Part shown: positions 1 to 12,399 of the stretch, piece after piece
How positions within the stretch are numbered: the stretch's first letter is position 1
Layout of the letters: each line of letters begins with the position of its first letter
Assembly (NCBI RefSeq): GCF_006345805.1
Contig: NC_043005.1
Coordinates: 66,774,001-66,838,000, forward strand
Direction: 5' to 3'
DNA length: 64,000 nucleotides
Source: Octopus sinensis
Taxonomy: Eukaryota
Notes under the pieces: generated by a model
Told to the model about the DNA's origin: nothing
The model's input: the letters and a program-made list of their open reading frames with translations, nothing else
Databases searched by the model: none
Program-made: the position numbers and the translations under genes

Positions 1-62
1 ACATCATGCACACTTACATACAATAATACATACATATATACATATACATATAAATATATGAT

Positions 63-100
<38 letters not shown>

Positions 101-328
101 AACACATTTACACATATGAATTCAAATGCATATATAATCCTGGTGGTTACCGTGTTTCATCTTAAATCGCTTTTATACGACTAACCACAGCGCGTGTATA
201 CACGCACACACACTCTCTCTCTTCCTCTATTTCTCTGAAACACACACACACACTCATATGTATGAGTAGAAAAATAAATGAAATGAGAAATAAGGAAAGC
301 TTCTACCACTGCAGAAAGATTAAAAACA

Positions 329-366
329 CCTTTATATTTCAGGCGCAAAGACCTATCTTCAGAAGA
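329..366 (-). ncRNA. Minimal type I hammerhead-like motif
   Basis: Minus strand: TCTT-CTGAAGA-T-AGGT-ctttgc-GCCT-GAAA-T-ATA|AAGG. Helix I is TCTT/AAGG, helix III is the palindrome ATAT, and there is one extra base after the core. Confidence 0.45.
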
Positions 367-1216
367 ATAAAGTGAAAGAAATGTGTATTTACATTACATA
401 CATTACATACCGATTTATTTGACTGTATTCTTTGAAGACATAAAGGTTTATTCAAAAAACTTTTTATAAAATTAGAAGCCCTACTTATTTCTTCTTTCAC
501 CCTTCTTTTATATTTCTGTACTCAAATGCTTCAAGCAAATACCTTGCTCTTCTTCCAATGGCAATTCATCAATATCAGTCACTCCTGAGTGGGATTTAGG
601 GCGGAGTTGTCTGCCGGCGAACAAGCAAAACAAATACATTGAGCATGTGGGTTCGATACAAAACACTATCACTGCTCCTAATTCATTTTCGTATATATTC
701 TTATGTTTGCAGTGTCGTGACATACGAGCAAATGGGTTTTACCCTATTTATATATAATCATGGACTGGTGATCATGTTCGTCTCCGATTCGGTTCAGGTA
801 CGTGGTATTGATAAGCCACAAAAATAGCGAAACACCTATGTCCATCGCTCCTGATAGCATCTGGGACGAGGTCTCTCGCCTGTCTGTGACTTCCAGTTGT
901 TTTAACAGCCGGCGCTTTAAAACAGTCCCCCACACCATATTCAACCGCAACCCACTGGCAAACAATCTTAGTGCATGGATTGAGTATGCGTGGTCGTTAT
1001 TGAGTTTATGCTGGTATTAACACGAAGTAATCAGAATTTAGGACATGTTATGCAGGAATTAATGCAAATACTGAAGCATTATCGTTACACAATAATACAA
1101 AAAATAGATAGCTAATAATTTAAATTCTAAAAGGTATATAATCACACGTTGAATTTCACCGACGTTATCCTAAGAATGCACATTTACCGGTCAGTCAACT
1201 GTTAGAACTGGGCAAA

Positions 1217-1393
1217 AAAAGCAGGCAGTCAGAATTTTGTATAATTCTGTATTAGTGCCTTCGTTCATTTAACTCTTCAAGACAAATATTAAAACCAAAG
1301 CATCCTTTTGGTTTTACATTCTGTTTTGAAGAATTCGGTTGAATGAACGAAAGTGTAAATAAAGAATTTTCCAAAATTCTGACTGCCTCTTTT
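1217..1393. repeat. ~177-bp fold-back palindrome (MITE-like)
   Basis: aggcagtcagaattttg (1223-1239) and caaaattctgactgcct (1372-1388) are perfect reverse complements. Inner arms pair up to a loop of about 4 nt near 1301-1304. Confidence 0.8.
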
Positions 1394-1420
1394 CCTCAAT
1401 GTACGAAATACTTATATATA

Positions 1421-1870
<450 letters not shown>

Positions 1871-3103
1871 ATGTACATATATATCTGTCTAAGTATGTAT
1901 TTGATAACTTTCCTCAGAAAAGATCTCGGTAAAGGGCTGCAAAGATGTATGTTCTGCTGCCACAAATCTCGGGGTTCAAAATCATTTAGAACGGAAATAG
2001 TCGCAAGCGAATAAATGCGTTGTAATACATAGTTGTAATCGGCATTTAGTTACATACATGTATTCATATTGGGCTTTGAATTGGACTTTATTTTGCTGAA
2101 TGAATCCAAAGCTGAGGGCCTGAAATAGGTCAACCTATCTTACCGCACCGCTTAATTGTTCCGAGCATTGACAGTAACACGAGCGTTTTATAACTCGTCC
2201 CGCAATAGCTAGGCACAATTGCGAAATGGACACATACATACATACAAGCATACATACATACATACATACATACATACATACATACATACATACATACATA
2301 CATACATACATACATACATACATACACATATCGCATGGGCTTTTGAAATATAGCGTAAAACCAATGTCACAGAGGTTGACAAAAAAAAACACAAACAGAA
2401 AAACAAGAAAATAATTAAGCATGGAAAGTAATTACATATATATATGTGTGTGTGTATGAATAAATTTGCTTGGAAATGGATGCGTGGCGTTCAATTGATT
2501 AATAATATAAATAATATAGTGCTCCTACCTCACCGTACCCTTGTTCTGCGTCATATTTATTCACGTCCTAAATAGTTATTGCAACAGAATATTGTAATAT
2601 ATGTTTGAGAATGACAGTTCCTGATACCTGGGTAATGGTAGATCAACAAAAAAGCAGAATTGGCTTCGATAGAATGGAAACTAAAACTGTTCAATCAACT
2701 ACAGGAATTCAGTCTTATAGCTATACTGAAATCTTTGCCTATTTAATTCTTGTAGTCAATAATCACTGAATAAACCGAAAGAAACCAAATACAGTAATCC
2801 TACTAATTCATTGGTTTCAGATTTGCTTTCGACATGATCAAGATCAGTATTTTTCGGCGAAGATAAAAATATGTGTTGGCTTCAATATGATGTAAAAGAA
2901 GTTAGAAAATACTACATTCGTATACAAACACACAACCACACACGCACATGTATACATACATACATACACACTCAGGCACGCACATATATCTATATGTACG
3001 GACGAGTGTATATATATATATATATATATTATTATATATATATATATGAATATATAAATAAATAATATAAATAAACACACATATATATATATATATGCAT
3101 GTC

Positions 3104-3135
<32 letters not shown>

Positions 3136-3226
3136 CATACATACATACATACATACATAATGCGCGTGTCTCTGTGTGTAATTGCATATGTGCGTGTGTA
3201 ATATATATGTGTATATCTATATAAGT

Positions 3227-3515
3227 GAAGGGGCATAGCTTAGTCATTCATTCGTAAGGCCGTAATTTCGATTCTATACGGCGCAATGTGCCCGTGAGCA
3301 AGACACATTCTTTCACGTTGCTACGGTCTCAGTTCTGGTAAAACGAGACGTGTCTGTATTTGAAAGCCTTATCACATTCTGTGTTACGTTGAAACTCCCT
3401 GAGAGTTGCGTTAAGGACATGCGAGCCTGTGGAAACCCAAACGTTTGCAAGTTTATTTCATGAGCAGGTTATTCCGTTCATCGTGTCAGCCAGAACCCTT
3501 GTCGTCCTCACCGAC
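3227..3515 (+). mobile_element. SINE family B, diverged copy of 61452-61778
   Basis: gagcaagacac...ctccctgaga...agaacccttgtcgtcctcaccgac. Confidence 0.75.
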
Positions 3516-3547
3516 AGTATATATATATATAATATATATATATATAT

Positions 3548-3579
<32 letters not shown>

Positions 3580-3909
3580 AGTATGTATGTATGTATACGT
3601 ATATATCTGTGTATGAGAGTGCGTGATTCTGTTTGTGGATGAGCTTACATGTATCGGGTATTGATGCGTGTGAATGTATATCTGGAGTTGGTCGATTGAT
3701 CTATCGAACTAACAAAAGCATCTTACCGTTGTTATTTGAAGCCCTGGCATCATCTCTCGATTGCAAACACTGAAGAATGTCACCGATGTTCGGACAGAGG
3801 TCTTTTAACAGACAGCGCACGGCATCTGTTCGACGCTCTAACAATTCGTTACTAATCTAACGCTCTGGATTAGTATATCTTTATACCGACAGAGAGAGGA
3901 TGGAGAGAT

Positions 3910-3941
<32 letters not shown>

Positions 3942-4053
3942 TATATTTATACATAGTTAATCCAAACAGGAACAAAGAGAAAACACAACAACGTGAGGAC
4001 GTGGAACAAGTATAGTGTTATTGTACGCTCAGGAAACGTAAGAGAGAAGAAGG

Positions 4054-4088
4054 ATTTAACGTTTCTAGCGGAGCTCTTCGTTAGAAAT
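4054..4088 (-). ncRNA. Decayed minimal hammerhead (G5 mutated to A) inside a ~200-bp microsatellite-flanked repeat (3955-4150)
   Basis: Minus strand: ATTT-CTAACGA-AG-AGC-tcc-GCT-A-GAAAC-GTT|AAAT. Helix III is the palindrome ACGT. Confidence 0.45.
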
Positions 4089-4184
4089 ATAGAAAAAAGG
4101 AAAAGTCCAAGGAAGGGAAGACGGAGAAAGAAAATCGCCAACGATACATACGCGATCACACAATCACACACACAGACACACACA

Positions 4185-4223
<39 letters not shown>

Positions 4224-4358
4224 ACACACACACATACACATACATATATATATATGTAATTTTTTTTAAATTTAAGAATAACACCTAGGATTGATTTACA
4301 GCGCGTCTGTATATTGAGAATAGGGTCATATACATCGAGAGATCACATAAATGGATTG

Positions 4359-4421
<63 letters not shown>

Positions 4422-4426
<5 letters not shown>

Positions 4427-5680
4427 GTTGGACAAAATAATGGAAACACCTAGCATCATACCAATTTATAATTCTGAAATATCTATAGAACCGTGAAAAG
4501 CTTGTTTATTGCTATGTTTTTATATTTATTATTAGTGTTGATTAATATGCCTAGCTAAAATTACTGTTTCTTTTCAGATATCATCAGAAAAATGTATTTA
4601 AAATTCATTAACATGACAGATCTATCGGGTTTTCAAAGAAGTCAAATTGTTGCTGTACGTATGGTAGTCGCTAGCGTAACGAAAATAGCCGAAATGTTTG
4701 GTGTATCAAGAATTACTGTCTGGAAAGTAATGACAGCCTTTGAGAAGGAGGGCAAAAACCTCCTCGTCAAAACAAAAGTCCGGAAGAAATCCAAAACATT
4801 CAGATAGAGACCGTCGGACTCTTGCGTGAATAATTAGAGAGCTTCAAAAAAGTACAGCTCCCAAAATTACTGCAGAGCTCAATGACCAGCTCGAGAACCC
4901 AGTTTCCACCAAATCTGTTCTCCGGGAGCTGTACAAAGCTGGATTTCATGAGTGCGCTGCGATCAGAAAGCCACTAATTTCAAAAACAAACGTTGCAAAG
5001 CATTGAGAGAGGATTAAAAACCTACATCATTGGTCACTAGAACAGTGGAAGAATGTTATTTTCTTGGGCGAGTCATCGTTTACCTTATTTCCGACCACCG
5101 ACCGAATACACGTGCGGAGACAGCCAAAAGAAGCATTTGAGCCGGACTGCCTTCTTCCAACTGTTAAAAATGGAGGAGGATCTGTGATGATCGGCGATGG
5201 GGTTAATTCTTGGAAATCATCCGGCCCAATGGTTTCCCTTCATGGCATAGTTAAGAGTCACGACTATTTAAGTATTTTATCTGATCAAATTCATTCTATG
5301 TTTGCGGAACTCTTTCCAGAAGGAAACGCAATCTTTCAGGATGATAATGTACTAATTCACACAGCTAAAGTTGTTACTGAATGGCACGAGGAACATTCTA
5401 GGGAAGTTGAATATCTTACCAGGCCACCACAGTCTCCAGAGTTCAATATTATTGAACATTTATGTAAGGAGTCGATATCCTCCTCCATCATCACTTCAAG
5501 AACTGCAAAGTGTTTTAGCTAAAGAATGGACAAAAATTCCTTAGGAAAAAATTCAAACTTTGTACGAGTCCATACCTCGTAGAATTCATATTTTAATTAC
5601 TGCCAAAGGCGGTCCTATCCCGTTTTAAAATAATTTTGTTTGAAATTTTAAGGTGTTACCATTATTTTGTCCAACCCCTG
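4422..5680 (+). mobile_element. Tc1-family (DD34E-type) DNA transposon, near full length, transposase disrupted
   Basis: 29-bp TIRs at 4422-4450 (tagtggttggacaaaataatggaaacacc) and 5652-5680, inserted in TA. HTH fragment at 4592-4807 (LSGFQRSQIV...IAEMFGVSR) and catalytic fragment at 5064-5522 (ESSF...TVKNGGGSVMI...FQDDN...PPQSPEFNIIEHL). Confidence 0.92.
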
Positions 5681-6380
5681 TATACACATGCATACGCATA
5701 TATGTTAAATGTAATCTTTAGTTATCAATAAGACCATTGTTTGTTTGTAAACAATATTAGCATTAATTAGTGTTAATTAAAGAAATCTGCATTGCAAACG
5801 AATAGTATAATGTCGATACGAAAATCTCTTTCTCGTATATTTCTACTTTGAAAACGTACACTCACGCAAACACACATACACACAAACACACACGCAAGCA
5901 CGCACACACACACACACACACACTACATAATATATAAATAAATATTCGTATACCTATATATGCCACTATGTATATCCGCTGTAACTACCAGGTATAACAT
6001 TTTCTAGTTGATTCATAGATACATATGTGTATATATGGGTGTCACAAAGAGTGACAGCAGAAAAATAATAGTGAAACTGAGAAAGAGAGAAAATGAAAGA
6101 GAGAGAGAGAGAGAAGATGAAAGAGAATGACAAAAAAAAGACAGAGAAGGAATAGAGACAGAGTAAGAATTAGACTAACAGCAAGAAACAATGTACGTTC
6201 GTTATATTAACTCTGACTTCACGAAATGCCTTTTCAGCAACAAAATTTCCAGAAAATGGCATTCAGTAACTGATATTCCAGTTTACCCTAACCTGGCGCT
6301 TACGCATGCTGCATAAAACATAAAGTTGTTAAAGTATTTCGAAAATGAGAACGAACAATGAATATTTAAGTCATAATATT

Positions 6381-6684
6381 GGTTTCAATGCTTAGCACAA
6401 GGCCAGCAATTTCCTGGGACATAGTAAGTAAATTAATATGACATTAGTACTCAACTGATACTTAACTTATCGAACCAAAAGGATGACGGTCAAAATCAAC
6501 CTCGGCAAAATTTGAACTCAGACCGTGCTAACAGTTCTGCCATCTCAGCGCCTTTTTACGTGATAATAAATTTTAGCCCAAGGCCAGTAATTTCAGGAAG
6601 GGTGAGACGATTACGTCGACACAATGCTCAGCTTCTACTTATTTTATCGAACCCGAAATGATGAAAGGCAAAGTCGACCTCGAC

Positions 6685-6722
<38 letters not shown>

Positions 6723-6921
6723 GCACAAGGACTGGAATTTTGGGGTGGGATGAGTCGAGTACATCGAACACAGTACTCAGCATGTACTAAGGTTATCGAC
6801 CCTGAACTAATGAAAAGGCAAAGTTGATGTCAGTGAAATTTGAACTGAGAACGTATAAAGACGGATGAAATGCCGCTAAGAATTTTGTGCGGCATACTAA
6901 AGATTCTGCCAGCTCGCTGCC

Positions 6922-6922
<1 letters not shown>
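6381..6922 (-). mobile_element. Stack of three tRNA-derived SINEs (family A): 6381-6553, 6572-6684 and 6720-6922, with an (AGT)n spacer before the third
   Basis: Head aggcagcgagctggcagaatc (A box), ttcaaat B box, body gtcgactttgcctttcatc...tcgataaaataagta, tail ccttgtgcct. Confidence 0.9.
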
Positions 6923-6970
<48 letters not shown>

Positions 6971-7000
6971 CAACAACAACAACAACAGCAACAACAACAA

Positions 7001-8755
7001 ATGTGAATGACCTTATATATTCCGCAGCCTCCATCGCTGTAAAAGCTTTCAGAGTTAAAAGTCAACGAAGAACGAAGGACAATGTTTCATGAGAACCAAA
7101 TTAACAGCTCAAAAGAGATTGTGGACGGATAAATGCAATCATAGAAAAGAAGAAAATGAAGGAAAGACGCAGGAAATGCAACATAAAACAAAAGACCTGC
7201 AAGTTGTTAAAGAAGGGTTGTGACAAAAATCCAAACAGTGACGGGTTAAAAAGAACAAAAAATAGTGTCAACAAAGATCAAAGCAGTACGAGCAGAATAA
7301 ACTCGTCGAGCACAATGAATGGAAATTCTATGACCAACTGAAGAATGAAAAACATCAAGAAATTTCTGGGAAAAAAATCGAGAGCCAAAAGTCCAATATA
7401 ATATATAAGCAGACTGTTTACGGGAATTTGTCTGATGTTGTAAAATTACTACAAGACATCATCATTACATCACTGTGGAATAACGACGGGTACAGACATG
7501 TAGAACTGCTGCAAGACGAGAGCATAATGGAAGGCGAAATAAGACAGAACGTCACTAAGGAGTAAAAGAAGAGAATTAGAAAAGTGATTGAAACAAAACT
7601 TAATTGAAGGAACATAATAAATCTCATAAACGCATAGGCTAATCAGGTATTGAGATATTCTGCTCCCTTTCTGAAAGATCGAGATGCAGAATTTGGATAG
7701 AAGAACTAGAAAATTACTCACAAAGCACAACGCACGCCATCCTAAAAGCAACACTGACCAATTCTATCTACCAAGAAAGGAAGGTGGTAGAGAAATACTA
7801 AACGCAGAATACACTGCTAGTACTTCGATACTGGGTCTTCACAATTAAGCTTTGCACTGGACAATATCAGCAGCCAGATGCACTTTATACGTGACTGAAA
7901 TTGTAGACGAAATCGCAGAGAAAAGAAAGAAAAACAGAATAAATAAATGTAATGAAATGGAACCGCATGACCAATTCATGCAGCAAAACAAAAATGGAGG
8001 AAGTAATCATCGCTGGCTTTGGTTGACGGACGGGGGCTTGAAACGAGGGGCAAAATCGCAAATTATAGCCGCTCAGAAAGAAGCCCTTAGAACGAATCTG
8101 ATAAAGGCAAAGTTCGAGAAAATTCGGTCAGGCAGCAATTGTAGAATCTGCAGAAAAGGAGACGAGAGTATCAATCACATTTTGAGTGGGTGCGGCATAT
8201 TAGCACAAAAGGTGTATAAGTGCAGACATGGCTGTGCTGGCGAAACAGTGCATTGGGATGTTAGCTGAGTGTGAGGCCTGAAAGCAACAGAAATGTGGTG
8301 TGATCACGAAACTAGGGTTTGGGTTAGGGTTAGGGTGAGAGAAAATGAGAATTACAACTTGTGGAATTGATCACAATACTGAGGCAAGAAAACTAGACAT
8401 GGTTATAGAGGACAAAATAAACAGTCTAAGATCATAGATTTTGCAATTACCTATCACAGCAAATTCGATACCAAAGAAATTGTAAAAATATTGAGAAATA
8501 TCAGGATTTAGACAGAGAGCTGAGGAGACTGTGAGAAAACGACAGCAATTATCCCTGTAATAATTGACACGCTCGGCACAACATACAAAAGGCTTACCAA
8601 ATAACCGAAAAAAATTGGAATTGAAACTTGCATTGTCAACCTCCAGAAAAGTACCATCCTCTATTTCGCCAGATTCCTTTAAATGATTCTTGAGATTTGT
8701 GGAGACTTGTTATCGCCGTCAAACCTCAGGATAAAATACCTGCTAACTAAATTAG
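7001..8755 (+). mobile_element. R4/Dong-like non-LTR retrotransposon relic (RT C-terminal part, CCHC knuckle, REL endonuclease), internally deleted
   Basis: WLWLTDGGLK...IIAAQKEALRTN...CRICRKGDESINHILSGCGILAQKVYKCRH at 7852-8268, and FYLPRKEGGR near 7760. The 5' edge abuts (TAA)n(CAA)n. Confidence 0.85.
8312..8336 (+). repeat. Short interstitial telomere-like tract
   Basis: ctagggtttgggttagggttagggt. Confidence 0.7.
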
Positions 8756-9018
8756 CATGTAATACACGTATTGAAAAAAGCACTGTCGCTGTGAATTTTC
8801 TTTCCTTTTCCCCCAGTTATTTTCTTGGTTTTCTACTTTCTTCATTTTTTTCATTAATTTTTTTTCTTCCTTTCTTTGTTCCCACTTTTCTATCACGTGA
8901 CTTTGTAAATGAACAATCTGGTGTGTTCATCTTAAAGGCCTACTAATGTATAGAGTGATCATTCTGTTCTAGGTGTCAGGAAGACACTCGGTAAGAAATT
9001 GAAAGAGAATTGATAGAC

Positions 9019-9051
<33 letters not shown>

Positions 9052-9073
9052 TAATAATACTTTACAATCATAA

Positions 9074-9272
9074 TTTCAAATACTGGTACAAGGCCAGCAA
9101 ATACGGAGAAGGGGTGATCCGATTACATCGACCCCAATACTCAACTAGTGCTTATTTTATCGACAACCAAGTATCAAAGGCAAGGTGGCCTCGGCGGAAT
9201 TTGAACACAGAACGTACAGACGGAGGAAAAGCCGCTAAGCATATTAGCCAGCGTGCTAACATCTCTGCCAAT
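9074..9272 (-). mobile_element. SINE family A
   Basis: Same head, body and tail; flanked by (TAA)n. Confidence 0.85.
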
Positions 9273-9283
9273 TAATCGCATTG

Positions 9284-9384
<101 letters not shown>

Positions 9385-10697
9385 TTTTTACTACTACTGC
9401 TGCTGTTGTTGTTATTTCGTTAGACCTGTTGTTGAATATTGTATTTTGTGTTGAAATATACGAACGTTTTCGAGACATCGTTGTAATTTTGATGAATAAA
9501 ACATAGTTTTATCTTTATACAGGGATTTTCAAATGTCTGGCCGTCTACGCAATCACCGGGGCAGGGGAAAATGTCTGGCTTTTACATATCCACACAACTT
9601 TTGACAAAGTACTGCTTAGTAAACATTTAACATAATAAAAGTACATTCACTGGGTGCAGCTGAAGGAACCTCTAAACGTAAGTGTACTAAGTGGTGAATA
9701 AACAGTAATATTTTGGGGTTTTGGTTTTTCTTTATATAAATTTTGAAAGCAATATCACAGAGGTTGAAGAAAAGACAAAATGATAAAAAGTTTGAAGATG
9801 TGGTTGCAACAAAAGTTAAAGGATAAATAAAAACGGATATACTTCTCATAAAGATAACTGGCGTAGCAGCAATTTTGTTAGCGTTGCTAATCAGATGGGG
9901 AAAATGTTATTGGCCGGCTCTCGGATCGAGGTTACTCAGATCACTGTCTCTTAGTCGTCGTATTCATACAAATTTGGGTAATTATATAACTACTACTACT
10001 ACTATTGCACACATGATGATGGCTATATATAACAATCACCATTATTATTTGATAAAAGAAGAAGGATCAGAATAAAGGAGAGCAGATACATTCAGAGAAA
10101 CAGATGCAAGAAATATCTACACGTTAAGGAATGAGAAGAAAAATTAAGCATTTCTTATAGAGTTAATAACCATAGCAGTAGTTAGCTAGCATTGAAAATT
10201 AGAATGACGTAACCGATATAGCGCGTGAAAAGTGGCACGCCTCTGATTTTCATACATGGAGAGTGCTAACATATTCTTATGATGGAACAAATGGAGGAAT
10301 CCTTGACTAGTAGGTCACACGATGTGTTGTATCAACCTAAATTGGACCTACGGAAACACAGTCTTTGTTAGCAAATGCAAGGAGTCGATAGAAGCTGGTG
10401 CTCCACACACCTTCCCACTGGTTATGACCTAAATATATAAGGATACGAAAAGCAAGTTAGACGGACAAATATATGAATAGTGACGTTGAATCTGGCTAAT
10501 CATAAGCTTTCAAAGATACGTGGTAAACGCAGACGGGAATAAATTGTATGCAGTAGAGGGCCATATTTATGTTTACGTCAGTCTTAAGCATTTCGAAAAC
10601 CACAAAGTATTCCAAACATTTGAAAGGTAAAAACCTCAAATCCTTAACCTTTGGGAGAAAGAGCCATTGAAGTTTGGAAAAGCAGAGGAAAGAAACT

Positions 10698-10737
<40 letters not shown>

Positions 10738-12109
10738 TAGTGGACGACATTAGATGTAACAACAGAAGGAGTTCACACACAAATATTGCTGTTTCCAGAG
10801 CATATTTGCGTGCATCTCCAAAGCAGGAAAATTGACTTCATTCCCACTGCTAGACAGCATGTGCAGGAATTTGAGGATCCCTTTCAGTAGTTCTACTCTG
10901 TGGAGTTGGGCAAGAAAAGGAAAATATAGAAAAGACACATGTAGTTGGTGATCGCACGGAAAGAAAAACCAAGGTTGAGTGCATCAAAAAAGTAAGCTCA
11001 GCCTAGAAGCAAAGCTTAACTCATTGGAAACGACACAAGTACTAGAATCATACGAATCGGCAGAAAGTAACACATATCATCTGAGTTTATTTAAAGGATA
11101 ACGGGAAATGTGCTTGACTAATTAGGAAAATGTGACCAGATTTTGTATAAACGCTTAAATGCTAAATTGCTTACAAGCACAAAAAACAGCTACGTATATA
11201 CAAATGTATGTGTCCTAAATAAACGGTATGAGAGTGTTCAAGCCCGAGCGAAAACCCAAACCACACAACTGAACTTTTGGGAACCAGTTTTGACACGGGG
11301 GGGAAAAGTCAATTAGGTTCCTAATGTGCCACGATCCAGGTTAAGTGGCGCTTACATCACTAGAGATTTAATAAACATTCATTAAGTATTGCATTGAAGA
11401 AGGCAGGCAGCATTGAAATGTGATGTGACTCAGCGTTGTGGTGGATTCTGCATTAGGCGTGCGTCGTTCTCGTACATGTATTTGTACACGTTCCTTTCAA
11501 CTGGACCCATACACACAGATAAAACACACACACACACATTTGCCAAAGACCACATGCACACACATATGAATTCAATAATGCTATAACCCTAGCGGTAATA
11601 ATTACGAAATTATCAATATCATCAATTTGATAAAATTAGTATCATTGTCATAGTTACATTTAATAAACTATGTCTGAGAAAAAATGAATTTTTTATCTTG
11701 CAAGACGTTTATGTAATTTTGGAGAATAGGAATATACAATTCATAATTTTATATCGATAATTTTGTTACTGAATATTTTCCTGTAGAGAGATATCAAGTT
11801 TATTAGGAGATGCTTCAATAATAAGTTTCAGAGTGCGTAAATATGAGTAGTAGAGAAGTTTTTTTGCGAATGATTCAAAATTAACTAATCAGGTGTATAT
11901 AGAGCAGTTTTACTACGGTTTTTATCTCCATTTATAATTTCTTATGCTGTCTCATAAAATACAACACAGATGTGATTTCCCCTATGCAGTGTAAGTAAGA
12001 ATTGTGGCTATTCTAACCACTATATATATATATTAAAATGTGTGTTTCTCATATCAAAATATTCATCAGCCATTTTCATTAATCCTCATCATTATCTTCA
12101 TCATTACAT

Positions 12110-12320
12110 GGGTAGCGAGCTGGAGGAATCGTTAACAACCTGGACAAAATGCTTAGAAACATTTTACAAGACTTTCAGTCTGATGTCAAAATTCATCGAG
12201 GTCGGCTGGCTTTAGCTTTCATCCTTTCGCGAGCTATAAAATATGTATCTGCTGAACACTGAGATCGATGCAATCAAGAAGCCCCATCCCGCAAAAATGT
12301 CAGGCCACTTGCCTCTAGCA
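12110..12320 (+). mobile_element. SINE family A, diverged
   Basis: gcgagctggaggaatcgttaac...ctttcatcctttcg...aggccacttgcct. Confidence 0.8.
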
Positions 12321-12366
12321 GAAAATATTGCTGTTATTATTATTATTATTATTATCATTATTATTA

Positions 12367-12399
<33 letters not shown>

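Noticed and set aside
508-723. SMYLFCLFAGRQLR resembles a GPCR TM7/helix-8 end
   Set aside because: No consistent upstream TM helices. The adjacent sequence is a dispersed repeat with a second copy at 56.7 kb.
3764-3808. CTGAAGA-a-tgtc...gaca-gaggtc
   Set aside because: The GAAA half of the core is missing.
10300-10370. Hammerhead-like ttgacta-gtaggtc...gacctac-g-gaaac-aca-gtc
   Set aside because: Good helix II, but the core lacks a 3-8 pair and no adjacent helix I forms; at best a heavily decayed copy.
12033-12075. Minus-strand CTGATGA-ATAT-tttg-ATAT-ga-GAAAC
   Set aside because: No NUH triplet or helix III, and an AT-only stem; plausible by chance.
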